Source: Diadema antillarum
Taxonomy: Eukaryota
Assembly: GCF_040938485.1 (NCBI RefSeq)
Contig: NW_027272244.1
Coordinates: 124,001-188,000 of the forward strand
DNA: 64,000 nucleotides
Reading direction: 5' to 3'
Numbering within the stretch: position 1 is the first letter of the stretch; the number at the start of each line of letters is the position of its first letter. A program made the position numbers and the translations under genes. Shown one piece after another: positions 1-13,822 of the stretch. The notes below the pieces were generated by a model that did no database searches, was not told where the DNA came from, and was given only the letters and a program-made list of their open reading frames with translations.

Positions 1-120
1 GTCTGTAAGAGAGGCTAAGACAACAGTCGACCACACTTGCCAGCCCAGAATCAGACTTCCGAGACCAAATGTGGTCATAACACCACCGGAAAAACCCAGA
101 ACTTTTTGTTGAAATCTCAT
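1..120 (-). CDS. First coding exon (partial, runs off window) of MS4A/CD20-like tetraspan paralogue C: MRFQQKVLGFSGGVMTTFGLGSLILGWQVWSTVVLASLTD...
   Basis: ATG at 120 (gaaaccATG) is open for 40 codons to base 1. The N-terminus aligns with paralogue B (MFRQKFLGFTGGVM) and A (MGFRRSFIGFTGAV). Acceptor tttcttatag precedes base 188. Confidence 0.8.
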   Translation of the reverse strand, partial: MRFQQKVLGFSGGVMTTFGLGSLILGWQVWSTVVLASLTD

Positions 121-1743
121 GGTTTCTATTGCTGCTGCTGTTTCGTCTTCTCTTCTTGTCTCGTTCTCTCTCTCTCTATGGCCAATTCCTATAAGAAATA
201 AATATAAACATAGTTATTAGGATTTTTTTGGTATCTTAATTAAGCTATTTATGTATAATGTGGTCGTCTGTCTGTGTGTCTGCCTCTCTCTCTCTCTCTC
301 TCTCCCTGTCGCCATCTTGCATATTATGAAATGTAAGCTATAGACATTCGTGATGGCACTATACGAGGAATTTCGGTGTCACTTGAATACTGTGGATAAT
401 TTTATCCTCGATCACGTGAAAGTTACATCATTTTCTGACATTAAACCGACCATTTATGCTTGCTCTCAGTCACTTGTAGAGTTGGGCGTCGTATCACTGT
501 GAAAGATTTTTTTTTTCTTTTTGTTGAACCATGCTATTTGGTCTGCACTGTTGGCCAGAAGCCAATGCCTTGATCATATCCTGACCGCTCTCCTTAACCG
601 TGTTAACTTTCTAAAATTCCCTGAAATTCACGTTTACCTTTAGAACCACTGGGTGATATTAAGCTCATACTGGCTTAAATACCCTTGGAATCCTCTGCAG
701 TATAAAAACATTATTTTCCTTTATGTTCTACCACCATCATGACATCCCTATCTCAGGACTGGCAGCAACTCGTTATGATCTAGAGCATGGGCAAGACAGA
801 AGAAGAGGGGACGTATACTGTTTAAAAATGCTAACAATGTGAGAATATTCGAATCCAAGACCCTCCTGTTCAAGTCCATAATAGCGTTTTCATCATACGA
901 CGGGGGTCCCTTGAGCAGTGAGATCAGAGGCACAAGATGAGCAATGCATACCTTTACACACTCTGACAATATCAAGTTTCGGCCAAAACTTCGAATGAAG
1001 TAACTCCCAATTGACGAATGCCCTTTCCATCTGTCTTCAAGTAGCTAGTCGTAAGGTACAAAATCATTTCAAAGTAGTATTACATTTTCTTTACATCATT
1101 TTTTGATACACGAAGTCACGAATTGTTGTAGTTGTCTCGTCCAGCAAAGGCAGCACCGAACCTTAAACAAAGTATAACCTTTAAAAGGATACACCGATTT
1201 TCCTCAAACCTCAATTAAGTTAGTAATTAATGTATGCATAACACTCTGCCTTTCTTAGGAAGTAATATTCTAGATAATATGTATGATTCATCTTTAATGA
1301 ACTTAAGAGTAAGCCTGCTAATGCATACATTGAATAATTGTCAACTGCCTGAATTTCTGGAATCTTTATTTTAGAAAAAAAAATTGAAATAGATCTAATA
1401 TTCAACAAGACAGAATGATATGTATCACATACCCCCAAAGCTAGACTACGAATATTAAAAAAACACTTTGATATTTTTATGGCCCCAAACCTTGAACTTC
1501 TCTTTTTTGTTGACATTGGATGCTTAAAATTCAACTTCGTTTGTCCCAGTACGCTCTTTACAAAAAGAAACAATACATGATGTGAAATCCGCAACATTAA
1601 GACCGACAGCGTGGTTGTTGAACATGGCCTCATTTTTCAATTTCTTAAATTTGTCATAATTTCTTTTTTCTTTGCTGGCACCCTATTTATTTTCTACTAG
1701 ATGCTGCCCCTATAGTCTTGTTAGTGCTTTCTCTGTCTTTTAT

Positions 1744-1996
1744 AAACTCCAAACTCCAAACTCCAAATTTTATTGTCCAAGAAAGGAAATTCTTTTTGCC
1801 CAATTGATCGTGGGCCCGGCAGCCACTGAGCAGCGCCAGATCGACGTTGCTCTAACCTTTTCAACTGTTGAACGGCAAACAAGGTAGCAGCAACTCCCAT
1901 CTTTTAACGTGTTTTGGTATGACGCGGCCGGGGTTTGAACCCACGACCTCCCGATTGTGAGGGCAGCCGCTCTACTCACTGAGCCAACACATCGGT
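1744..1996 (-). mobile_element. tRNA-derived SINE with conserved central domain (Meta-domain-like) and (TTTGGAG)n tail
   Basis: Minus strand shows A box TGGCTCAGTGAG and B box GGTTCAAACC, then GTCATACCAAAACACGTTAAAAGATGGGAG..., ending in about 3 copies of TTTGGAG. Confidence 0.75.
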
Positions 1997-2239
1997 ATGT
2001 TTGATCTGTGTGTGTGTCTGTGCGCGCGAACATGGAAAGTTTTGATATTACATTACGATCTTGTGTGAATACGAGATATGCATCGTCAGACATTTGTATA
2101 CATGTAGGAGTGTCTGGTAGCTCAGTGCTAATGAAATTTGTCATCTCTTTGATCACTTAGCTGAAATATCATAATCTTAAGGTCAAGAAGTACAGGTCCT
2201 TACAGTCCCTTAACACAATTCAGGAAAGAATAATAGAAA

Positions 2240-2650
2240 GTATGATAACATTAGCTAAAAAGAAATATTATGAGAAAACTTTAGCTGATAGTACTGGGAA
2301 TAGTAAAAAAAGACATGGGATGTGATAACTAATGCCTTAGGGAAAACGGGCAATAAGAAAACAACCATTACATATATCAAGTGTGATAATGAAACAATTA
2401 TAAAGGAGAAAGAGATTTGTAATTAATTGAATACATACTTTGTTAATATTAGTTGCGATATTAAGTCGTCTTTTGATGATTCAGATGGGTATGATTATCT
2501 TCAATATGTTACAAAAGTTGAGTCAACCGCATTTTTAAAACCAATTACATGTAAAGAAATAATTGATGTTGTAACGATTTTTAAGAATGATGTCAGTGCT
2601 GGCTACGATAATATTGATATGCGAATTATGAAAAGAGCTATTCTTCTTTG
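2240..2650 (+). mobile_element. Decayed L2/Crack/CR1-group LINE ORF2 fragment (endonuclease-RT linker)
   Basis: AKKKYYEKTLADSTGNSK(fs)KTWDVITNALGK...ICN*LNTYFVNIS...FLKPITCKEIIDVVTIFKNDVSAGYDNIDMRIMK, with a frameshift and a stop. Confidence 0.75.
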
Positions 2651-3494
2651 CTTTGGTGAAATAAAGAAACTTGAAACTTGAAGTATAGATGAGGAAAAGA
2701 AATTGGTGAGAAGAAAATAAAGTATGCGAGGGAAACTTGGTATGCCTTTAATGATGCGGAAATATATTAATGAATTGAAATATTTTAAATAGTTTAGGTA
2801 AAGGTGTGTTCTAACGTTTATCACTTTGATTGATAGTGCGCGACGGGGTCTTTGCGAGGGGATAGATTAGTTTTATAATGGTTCTACTATAAGTAGGCCT
2901 ACGTCTTTCTCTGTGGCTTATTGTTAACGCCTACTCTTTTCTCCATTACTTACTGCTAATGCCTACGATTTGTGATTACATAAATAATAACATGGTACGA
3001 ATATACTAGGGAATCTTATGATGACTAAATGTGATTTATTGAAGTGTACGACTGGGATGTCAGTGGGACCGCAGAACTACACCGAAAGGGAGGAGGTAAG
3101 GAAGGTTATACAAGAAATTTTGTGTATACATCTGAAATGTATGCTATGATTCTCGGGATATGAACCGATTGATGTCCTTTGATTTATCATTGTTCACTGA
3201 CTATTGTTTGTAAACATTCAAGATGAATGTGTTGTTATGTAAAAGATAATAAAGATCGTTGAAAAACAAAAACACAGTTGCTCAGGCAGTGTCAGGTGCA
3301 CTTACTTGCGTGCGTGCAGCAACGAAATCATTCTAATTCCCTCAATGCATACTCTATTGTGGTATACTTTGAACACTTAGAAGACATCATTAAAAAAATA
3401 ACCTTTCTTATAATTGTTGATTACATGTCTGATTAGAGAAGTATATGGCAGACTTTGTTTTCATCTTATGGTACTATGCGTTCTATGAACCAAT

Positions 3495-3578
3495 TATTGT
3501 TATTATCATTATTATCATTAGTAGTAGTAGTGTTATTTTATTATTATTGATATTATTATTATTGTTATTCTTCTTCTT

Positions 3579-3609
<31 letters not shown>

Positions 3610-3645
3610 TTATCATTATTATTATTATTATTACTACTACTACTA
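3495..3645 (+). repeat. Compound trinucleotide microsatellite (ATT/AGT/TTC/TTA/CTA blocks)
   Basis: Directly visible; explains the poly-I/S/F/L ORF 3445-3678. Confidence 0.95.
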
Positions 3646-3869
3646 TTTGGGGCCTACTTCCTCATCCGAAAACAATAGCAGCCTCGGAGTTGTGATGGTA
3701 AATAAAACCATGAAAATAGTTCCGGTGATATTTAAAAGTACAGGCAAAGTGGCAGCCTCTCAAAACATTGTTGGGTTAAATCATCATTTTTATTTTTAAA
3801 TTGAGAAAGCAACAACGTCAACAATCTTGAGTTTTACTAGTGATATTATTCTGTGACATACGTTAACAA

Positions 3870-4655
3870 TAACATACGTTATGCCGACGACACCACGCTG
3901 TTAGACCTGGTATTTGATAAGCTACAAATTTCTACACAAAAACTGGAAGAAGCATGTAAAGCATGGGGAATGAAAATTAACATCTCAAAGTGTCGAATAA
4001 TGTCTAGCGAACAAGGCGACAGCACAATAGATGATGAAGCGATAGAAAAGACAGACAAATTTGTCTTCCTTGGCAGCACTGTCCCATCAGTTACAAATGA
4101 TGTTAAACGAAGGACTACCCTTGCAGCCTGGGCTTTCGGCCGTCTCAAAGGAACAATTATGGTCAAACCAAAACATCTCGAGAACCTTAAAAGTGAGAAT
4201 ATATAAAGCTCTCATCCGACCAATCGCCACTTATGGTGCTGAAACATGGACCCTTACGAAGGCAGACACAAGCAGACTGGAATCCTTTGAGATGAGATGC
4301 CTCAGGACCCGTATTGCAGGCGTTCAGCTTCTCGACCACATCAGGAATGAGGACATCAGGAAGTCTCTGAACGCCAAAAGATCCATCAGCCAAGAAATCA
4401 CCTCACGCAGAATGAAATGGTTTGGGCATGTCATCCGCATGCCAGAGAATCGACTGCCACGTGAAGCTTACTATAATGACTTCCACACAGCACGACCACC
4501 TGGTCGTCCTCCCTCCAGATGGAAAGACCAACTTCGCTGTGATACGGGATCAACTCTACTGAGCCTTGAAAACCATGCAAAGGACAGGAGAGGTTGGGGT
4601 GAGCTCACCCAGAGGAGTGCAAAGGGACACACAGTCCTACGCCTTTAAGTAAGTC
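3870..4655 (+). mobile_element. 5'-truncated RTE-clade LINE, C-terminal half of reverse transcriptase with one frameshift
   Basis: IRYADDTTLL...WGMKINISKC...KFVFLGS continues after an extra base near 4160 into WSNQNISRTLKVRIYKALIRPIATYGAETW...FEMRCLR...WFGHVIRM...PPGRPPSRWKD. Stop at 4648 followed by taagtaagtc. Confidence 0.9.
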
Positions 4656-5491
4656 ATTATTCTGTTTTTCGTCATGACACCTTAAATGATAGGGCCTTTA
4701 TAAGTCAAGAAAAATGTAACAATACGATTGGCAATGAACATCACAATAATAGTTTCAGTATACGACGTACATCACCATTCATTCAAAACGTATTTGCATT
4801 TCAGAATCGATGGCAAGACTTTGAAAATTGGTGCTATTAATTTAATAAAATTCAATAATAACACTAATATAATGTTACGCCTACTACTAGTGAAAATAGA
4901 AGCAGAAGACACAATAGTTGTAGTAACAATTATTCAATATCAATGGTAATGATTATTCAAGTTTTGTTATTATTTATAGTGGCGGTAGAATCATAAGAAC
5001 CAGTATACGTTAACCTAACGTCGGTAAAAAAGACAGTAATTTTAAGATCATAGTCTTGTCATCTGGTGCATAAGATAGGAACCTATTACTGTCGACAGCT
5101 GTGGGGTTGACGTAGGTTGTCAAGATACTTACCTGAATCTTATAAAGAACGGGTTAATAATTATGGTAGTTGTCATGATGACCAGAATACGTCACAAAAA
5201 GAAAACAGGTGTCGTATAGGGTTAGAAGATTTACAACTAGTGTCTTTAGATTCGTAGGTGTTATGAGGGTATTGACTGGTATAAACACTGGATTTACGCT
5301 AATAGACTGGAGTAGTTACACATTGCCGCGAACTGTTGCCGAATGTCAACATTAAATATGTAATAATCTAGCCGTTTGAAAGGAAGTCCTTCAAAAAACA
5401 GTTTACAACATGATGATTATAAAGTAAGGGACTAAACATGCCAATACCAACACTCTGATACTTTTCAGTTTAAATTATCAAAATTTCTCAC

Positions 5492-5648
5492 CTCGAGAAC
5501 TTTTCGATGCCTTGCTGGTGCGGTTCCCTTCTCGTGGTGAGTTGAGCTCTGCTGTACAGGCGTCTAATTCAGTCGTGATACTGATCTGACGCGTGTTGCG
5601 TACATTGTCAAGAGGGCGTGTCGGTGGTGTATTGCGGTTACTTTTATA
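5492..5648 (-). promoter_or_regulatory. Candidate TATA box and non-coding first exon of paralogue C
   Basis: TATAAAAG on minus at 5648-5641, then a GC-richer segment ending in donor GAG|GTGAGA at 5492/5491. This would splice to the acceptor before 188 (about 5.3 kb intron). Confidence 0.45.
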
Positions 5649-6892
5649 GATCGGAACTAACAAACTGAGGGTAGGCGGAATGCGGTCTGATTTGGAAGAA
5701 AAGGCTTGTTGTGAAGAATTAGTAATATTGAATAATCTGTGGCTGTGTATAGGAGCATAATACATTATGAATCATTGAATCTAAATAATTCAAAGCATGT
5801 ATTCCATTACTGTTAATTATGCTACGAAATTCAATATCCTCTATGCATTATATCAAATCGCTTCTCTCTCTCTCTCTCTCTCTCTCTTTCGTGTGTGCTA
5901 TGTATTACAGTCATTGAAATCTAACAGTGCAAGTCTGCCTATGATATCTTACATGTAATTTCGCGTAAACACTTACCTCTTAAATCGGTTTCCACTGGTG
6001 TATGTTTGATTCTACCCCACAGACCAAGATATTGGATTTCACATCACTCTTGGCTCATTCTGATTTAATAAGAGGGGCCCCTTGAACGGTCTGAACAATT
6101 CGTGAATTATAAGCGGGAGCTATGTGATCTCGACTGGTTTGCGAGCACGAACCACATTTTTTATGGTATGTGCCTCCCTCCCCCCCCCCCCATTTCTCAC
6201 AACAGGATCTAAACATCAAGAGATATAAGAAGTAGACGATCTAAAACATTAAAAATAGAACGTTAATCTGCACCTCCCCACACATACATACAAACAATGA
6301 TTTTAATTAAAATGATCTATAGATTTTACAGTTCCTAACAAAGTAATGCCATGTACAACACGTGATCTTGACTGCAATGAACATCATTGTGTCTGTTATG
6401 CTGACTGCATATTCCTTTACCACAAAAATGCTAAGAATGCCAGTTATTTCTATTCACCCCTTTCTTTAGTATATATTTCAATGTATTATATAGACCTACC
6501 CATCTTGTGTGCTTTTTCATAAGGATTGTTGTTTGTGGCAAACCAGTGAACTGCAGAGTGTTAATTATTGTATACTTCTCCTGAATATAATTATTTCATT
6601 AGAAAGCCTCTTGAATAGGTGAACATCATTTTGTTTCGATGTTCTGAAAAGATGAATTGTCCGTTATAATTAGGTGGAATTAGTGACTGAAAAAATAATC
6701 ATATCTACACCATTTATGTTCGTCTTTTGACAGTCATGAAACGATATAAAATTCCATCATTATTTTCATGTTTTCATTGGCCAAACATAATCAGAAGCGC
6801 TTGTCTTACCTTCATAAAAAAGGCAAAACCAATACATGTACTTGTATCCTTGGAGTGCTTCATCTTGATCAGAGGGAATGTGTACCTCCCCC

Positions 6893-6913
6893 ACACACAC
6901 ACCACACACACAC

Positions 6914-6960
<47 letters not shown>

Positions 6961-6962
6961 CA
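6893..6962 (+). repeat. (CA)n microsatellite
   Basis: Directly visible; source of the HT/CV-repeat ORFs at 6727-7075. Confidence 0.95.
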
Positions 6963-7620
6963 CGCCCTAACAAACACACATACATCACAAACATACACAT
7001 ACACACAAAAAACCCACACACATAAAGTTTGGTGGCGTTAGCAATACATGATATATTATCCTTCAAATTGTTCAACTGCTATGGCGTCATTGATTTTTGA
7101 TGGACTATTCATCGATGACAGCACATAAATATGACATGATGCAAGAAATGATTGTACCATAAGTTTGACGGGGGAACAATAATCAAAACAAGACCAAAGA
7201 TATTGGTTGTACATGCGCCAGATTGCCATTACTCACATATGTCTGACGGAAGCAGGGCAGTGTTGTCTCATATTGTGGCATTGTACTCAAAATCTCTTTT
7301 GAATGACAGTCACATATTTTCTATTCTCTTCCAGGAAGTTGAAATTTTCGTTGTTCCGGAAGAAGAACTCAAGCGAGTGATAAATTACTAGCAAAATTTC
7401 TAATATTCCAATCACACAAATTCGGGTAAATACGCCGAAACACGCCCAAAGAATATTGTCTGGTAAGCTATATTTAAAATCGGTGCAGAGGCAAAGAATA
7501 TACGTATATTAATTGACATTAATATTGTGTCCATTATAACGACATTGCTATTGCAAACTGAGACCATTTTCCTCAAAGAGTGTTTGCGGACGATAAGAGA
7601 TGTAGTGTATAAAATATCTT

Positions 7621-7652
<32 letters not shown>

Positions 7653-10600
7653 GAGAGAGAAAGAATAAAGAAACAGAAAGAGAGAACACATTGCTTACAT
7701 TTATAAAATAATTGGAATCTATGGACATTGCTTGATACCAACTATGCAAAGAGCTAGAATGTTTTTAGTCTTAAAAAAAAAAAAAAAAATCGTTTGAAGG
7801 ATCAGAAAGCTGCCTTGAATCAGCCCACTCTCATGCAGTTTGCACGCGTGGTGTGTACAACATCGTATTTCCCACACACTTGTTATTGCCAGTAGGTCCG
7901 CCGGGTCGTACGGTCGCGCCACACTGCATTGCACAATCTTCGCTCATTTTGCTCGTTGAGGCTATATGACAGTACCTCCCAAAATTAAAAGAATTTTCGT
8001 GAGTCAAAAGAATCTGTTCGTTCCAATTGAAGTCTCGTCTATTGTGACGAACTGAAAACTATTGTGTCTGCCAACTCAACTGTGATGCCTGTGGAATAGA
8101 AATGAAATATTTTTGAAGTGAATGGCGCTGCAGAGGTGGGTTATTATTCTTATCGTATACGGCTTCTTTTTTTTTTCTGGTGCAAGTAGAGAACAACGCC
8201 TAGACGACTGCATTCGTTTGGAGCACTGAAAACATCTACTCATCATGAACGCTGTAGGGTTCTACAACAAAGCTGAGCTGCACTGCAGATGCAAAAGATG
8301 TACTAGACAAACATGCACTGGCAGTGTAAGCATTACACTTACTAGTCGTTGTTGAAGAGTTGATGTCAACTCTTTGGTACACCCCGGCGAAATTTGCAGT
8401 CATTCATTAAAAAAAAAAATGCAATCATTTTCGTGATCAGTAATTCTCGTTTTATCGTTTCTCTCTACGATGACTGGACGTTGACGGAAGCTGCTGCAGA
8501 TTCGAATGCAGCAAAATCATAATAAACCATACATGACTGCATTTCATATCGTATTATTTCATTTCATTTCAATAGTAAAGTTCATCAAGAATAAACATGT
8601 AGTTCAGCGTAAGAGCTGACTTTGGAAGAAACCCTATACAAAATGTAATGTTGACCATAAAAGATTCATAGTATGTGAAGTTACATGAAGTATTGTAGTA
8701 CCAATGTATACTGATGATGAATACTATAGAAAAGCAATAAATAAATGCAATAGCACAAGGAGATCGTGAAATCAGTTATCATCATATTGACAATAATACT
8801 GAAATTATGATACTTATACTTTAATTACTTAGAAGTAATCCGAATGCTGACACTAATCTCATTTCCACTAATGGCATTACCATACAAAGTCATGTGTTTC
8901 AATGCAATGACGCTTATGATAGGCCCGCAACTGCTAGCACATATCAATTGCCTTAAGATTACTAACACATACATTTTCGCAAATTATATGAAGAGATGAT
9001 TATTGTAACCGTACCACTAATCTAACGAATACACGTGATTCCGAAAACATGGATTGTGGTTTGTATCATTCATAATCGACCAAAACTATAAATGACCCAA
9101 ATCAATGAACCAGTAATACCAATAAAAACTACATCTAGTTCAAGATACAACAATGATTATGGTTACACCCTTCGGTCAAACTGGCCACACCCACTGAGAT
9201 TTCGAAGATAAAAAGATTCGAAGAAGCTATGTATATCAATGTACCGGAACCACTTCTCACAAAAATAGTCCACGGAACTCTTTTAGTATAGGACGGCAGA
9301 CTTGATACTACTATTCAACCCTCTGGTGCCACATTCATCTCTAGACCTGTCCATGTATACATATGTGTGTGTATGGAATCAGTGCACATTAAACTCATTT
9401 GCTGCGAAAGAGTTCAATGACATAAAAACCCGATGCTCATTTTGCCTCTACATTATGTTGTACATTTTAAAGCTTTCCTTACAGAAATGTCACTTTTCAT
9501 CGTTTTCTACCGAGCAAAGTAAAACTTTATAGCCACCTATATAAATTTCAGTTGATGAACATACCAAATATTTAATCAAGAACATTTGTGCTGGGAAGAA
9601 ATTCAAAGTCAAATTTATCAAAATAGCTTCTAAATCATCATACTGTATACATTGAATGTCATACCTTTTATTAGGCAAAACAATGATTTTGATTAATTAT
9701 TAGTAAACTTTTACTCTAAGTGCCCTTCATCATGACGGAAGAAAAATTTTTTTAACACCTCTTTCTACAGACTTCAGAGACCTTTTCCCTTCTATCGAAT
9801 GCATGTGAAACAACTTTCTATTAAATACACACAGTTTACTTGCCTTATTTCATAAGAACAAATGATGTTTGTTTATGTCGATGTAGGGTTAATTTGTCAA
9901 TCAGTTCCAATTAAGACAATATCTGTGCCACATACTGTTATTTTGCATTCTTACAAATTTCTCCCAGTAAGATTGTATCAATGATGTCTATCCTTGGGAG
10001 TGTACCGTTTAGTTCATTTCACTTTTTCTATAGCAGTCCACTATATAACTGTTTCGTTGTTGTTTTTGTTGTTGTTGGTGGTGATGATGATGCTGTTATT
10101 TTGGTTGTTGATGATGATGTTTTACCATTTTAACATCTTTGAGGGACTGATTTCGTGTGATTTGCTATAAGGGTAATTGGCACAATTTCATTCCCTTTTT
10201 TTTTGCAAACATGTTTACAAAAGACAAGCAGCCTATATATGTTGACAGCATCACTGATAAAGAAAACATGTATTCGTATTTACAATTTATGTAACAACAA
10301 GTCGCATAGCCATGTACATCCAATTCATTTGAATATCCATTTCTTTATTTACTTGTTTCTGTTTGTTTCTTTTTACCTTTCGATAGTGTAAGTAGTGTAG
10401 CTGAGGAACGGGTTAGAAACAAGAATGAAAATACGTTAATTTTGTCTCGTTATCAAAACAACTAGTGGCTCTTATCTCAACTCTTTCCGCTCTCTTCTTG
10501 TGTCTCTTTCTCAAACTTTAATTTTCACTTTAATTTCTATGCACTATTATGATAATGACAGAGTTTACCTATAGCTCTCCCTGTTTCTCACTCTATACTA

Positions 10601-10708
10601 GCCATCTTTCTCCCTCACTAGCAACAATGCTTACACACAAACATAGGAACATGTTAACAGCATAACTGGAATCTATTGTTGGCCTTGTCCTGGGAGTCAA
10701 TCTTTAGA

Positions 10709-10709
<1 letters not shown>

Positions 10710-10747
<38 letters not shown>

Positions 10748-10800
10748 AAGAAAGGTGAGAGAGGGAGAGGAAGAGAGAGAGAGGGGGGGGGGGGAGAAGA
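10710..10800 (+). repeat. (GA)n / polypurine tract with G-run
   Basis: Directly visible. Confidence 0.9.
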
Positions 10801-11267
10801 CATACTAGTACTCATATTGTAAACATACACGAATTGCCCTGTACAGATTAATCTTACTGAATAATAGCGAACAATCTGTGTGAATGGTAATGCAAATATT
10901 TCTTTCTAGTTCGCTGAGTTTGGTGGATACCTTAACAACAATTATGCACGATTTGCCGTGAGTACAGCAAGCGGTCTCTGCACAAAGACATGGAATTTCG
11001 TGGGAAGCAGTCTTTTCAATTCTCACCCTATTCAAATCGGAATATTGCAGAGCAAATGTGAAACGATAGAGTTAATAGGCCGGTAGAGCACCACTGTGCT
11101 TCACCTTGGATTACATTATGCAGTGCAGGATAGGTAGTGAGAAACTCTACAAAGCAAGCTCAAGCTCAAAGGGACATGTGCATGCACTATAGTTATGTGG
11201 TATGCGCTATATAAGCACTGTTAAGTATTATTAATGATAATAATGCTAGTAATATTAAAAAAAAGGA

Positions 11268-11590
11268 AATAATAATAATAATAATAACAACAATAATAAT
11301 AATAGTGAGACTCTTATAAAGCGCACATTTCTACCTAAAAAAGATACTCAAGGCACTATAGAACAGAGTACATATTGTGTCACGTTACAACAGTATCACA
11401 GAAAACATTAAGACAATCAACCAACAAACAATAGGTCTATATACGTACACATATTATACATACAGGTATACAATATAGTCAATTTAAATGGAAAATATAT
11501 GTCTTGAGATTCTTTTTGAAACCATCAATGGAAGATGCTTCTCTAAGAGATTTGGGTAGGCCATTCCATAGTTTGGGGCCCATTATATCA
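11268..11590 (-). mobile_element. 3' end of an L2/CR1-group LINE
   Basis: GPKLWNGLPKSLREASSIDGFKKNLKTYIF terminal motif, then GCGCTTTATAAG and an (ATT)n tail on minus. Confidence 0.75.
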
Positions 11591-13606
11591 TCATCATCAT
11601 CATCATTAGTTTCCTCGTTTACTAGTGCGTATGCTGTGTCGATGACTTCATAGCAGTTAACCTGTTGGTACCCTTTTCGCAAAGTTTAGAAAAGTTCTTT
11701 ACAACTCTAGGTAATATTGCTTTCACGCCAGTCGCAGAGCAACTCCTATTACCTGTGTCACAATCAGGTTGAAAAAACTAGAGCAACAAGGGGAATGAGA
11801 GGGACTAACTTGTGGTCGATCATGACACAGTTTATAAATAATTGGTTTGATATGGGTTGGGTACTTCTATCAGTTAAAGGAGGCTATGGCTTGAAAATAA
11901 TCTTGGATTATCGCAGATTGTGAAACACCAACGGGGAATGTATTAACATGTCTTATTATGTGTGAGCGGGTTTGTGAGTTTGTGGGCTTGCTGTCATCAG
12001 AAGTTTCGTTTGTTTATGTCTCTGTAATAAATCATAATGACTCGGTGTTATGGCGTGGCTTGTCAAACATGATCAATCGTGCCTCTCAGATCTCACGGTT
12101 TGTTTGATTTTTATTTTGTATTTTCCCATTTTCTTCAAGGATAACACTTCATGATTATGTTTACCTAGAATTCAAGGTCCAAATGCTACACCTGCTGTAT
12201 GATGGTGACAGTTTATACAACCATAACTAGAAATTTCACCGCCGTGATCTCTTTAATACTGCTGTTACTTCTCCAACTGATATATGCAACGTCACACTAC
12301 TTACATACCATCTTAACCATCAGATTCCATTGTTTCAAATAGGGCCTACTGCTATAATAATCTAACAGTAACTTCCACTTCATTTCACAGGAAGTGGATA
12401 ATTTCATAGGCTCTGGTGCATCCAGGTGAAGTGCAAAGTAGATATAATCAGTTAATCGCCCTTGCCTACTCAGTGGGGTATATTATATTAGCTGCTGTAT
12501 TTATAAACGTATTGTGTTCGACAAAAAAAAATGGCATTTCGCGAAATGTGGGAATGGATTATTATTTGTCACGCCCATGAGTGAATTCAGAAAACAGGTC
12601 ACATGACGTAGCTCCCGTTTGACACACCCAACTCTTCTAGAAGTTCCAGTCTGCTGAGCAGCGTTGCCGTTTTGACTGATTTGTTTTATGGCGTAGAGAT
12701 TTCGAAAAAAAAAGTATTGCCGTGTCCTCCAAAACTGTGACAATAATTACCGGCAAGCATGTCGCCAGTAGTATAGATAAAAGTATTGTGAGTATAAAAG
12801 GAAGGGCAATAATAGCACATGATTGTTAACGAATATTCTCTATGTTCGTGTTTTTGAAATGTTATTTACAATAATAAGCGGCTAAAACATAATACACTTT
12901 TTGACGGGGTTAATAACTCTTGATGAAAAAGTGTTAAATGTTTAAACTTCATTTCCACAGAGATATCTCCTGTGATGACAACTGCAAAAGTTATTTACAT
13001 AAATGATAAGAGCTTTATAGAAGGTAACAAGTACATGCCATCATTCTTGAATCATCTCTTTCGTACAGTTTCAAGGGTATTCGAGGAAGCTGTGTATCCG
13101 TGTCTATATGAGTTGCAAAGAAATTTTGACATTTGTAATGAGTGAAAATAATAACTTCTGATTCAGGTTAATCGGTATTCTTGGCAATCAGTCATCTACG
13201 ATGATATAAATGTTAATGTCATCATCTTACAATAACATGGAGGATGCCTCAATGTTGCTTACAAGTATGGTCCTTTGCTTTCCAAGTTGTAGTGGATCTT
13301 ATTTCACATGTTTAACGACTTTAATCTATCTTTCACATTGTCTTTTTGCAAGTATATGTCACGTAGATTAATGAAATCTCTTTTTAACCCAATTTTCTTA
13401 CAGAACTTTTTAATAGCAAACTTCACGTTTCCTAATGGCTCGGTCACAAATACCATTAAGAACTGCACGAACGCCGTAAGAACGATTTTTAGACCATTTC
13501 GTAACTTCTTAAGAAGGCCGTAAGAAACCAGCGTTCGTAGACCGTTCGTAAGATTATTCTTAACTTTGTACGAAACTCTCTCATTGTAAAAAAAAAAAAA
13601 AAAAAA

Positions 13607-13822
13607 TGAAGATTTTGAAGTACGGTCTCTATCACAAGGTACAAAATAGTACCTTTTAAATGATATATATATTGGTTACTACATATAAAGGTACATTTTT
13701 TAAGTTATGGTCAAAAGAAGCAAATATGTTCTTATTATTCTTTTTATTTTTTCTTGACCTTTAATCGCAAATATCTCCATTTGGCAAATATGGACTTATC
13801 AGTTTTTGCGAACAAACTCTTC
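13607..13822 (-). mobile_element. Partial copy of the GAAGAG-terminus MITE (family of 54718-54964)
   Basis: Reverse complement of the 54718 element; ends ...aaactcttc|atat; one TIR missing. Confidence 0.8.

Noticed and set aside
1900-1996. tRNA genes (also near 17640, 19950 and 50850)
   Set aside because: Only A/B boxes; no complete cloverleaf; followed by SINE bodies or decayed.
7040-7400. Decayed LINE RT tail on minus (WSCFDYCSP-like)
   Set aside because: Too fragmented to support a call.
9130-9270. Penelope GIY-YIG remnant (KRFEEAMYINV)
   Set aside because: One short motif only.
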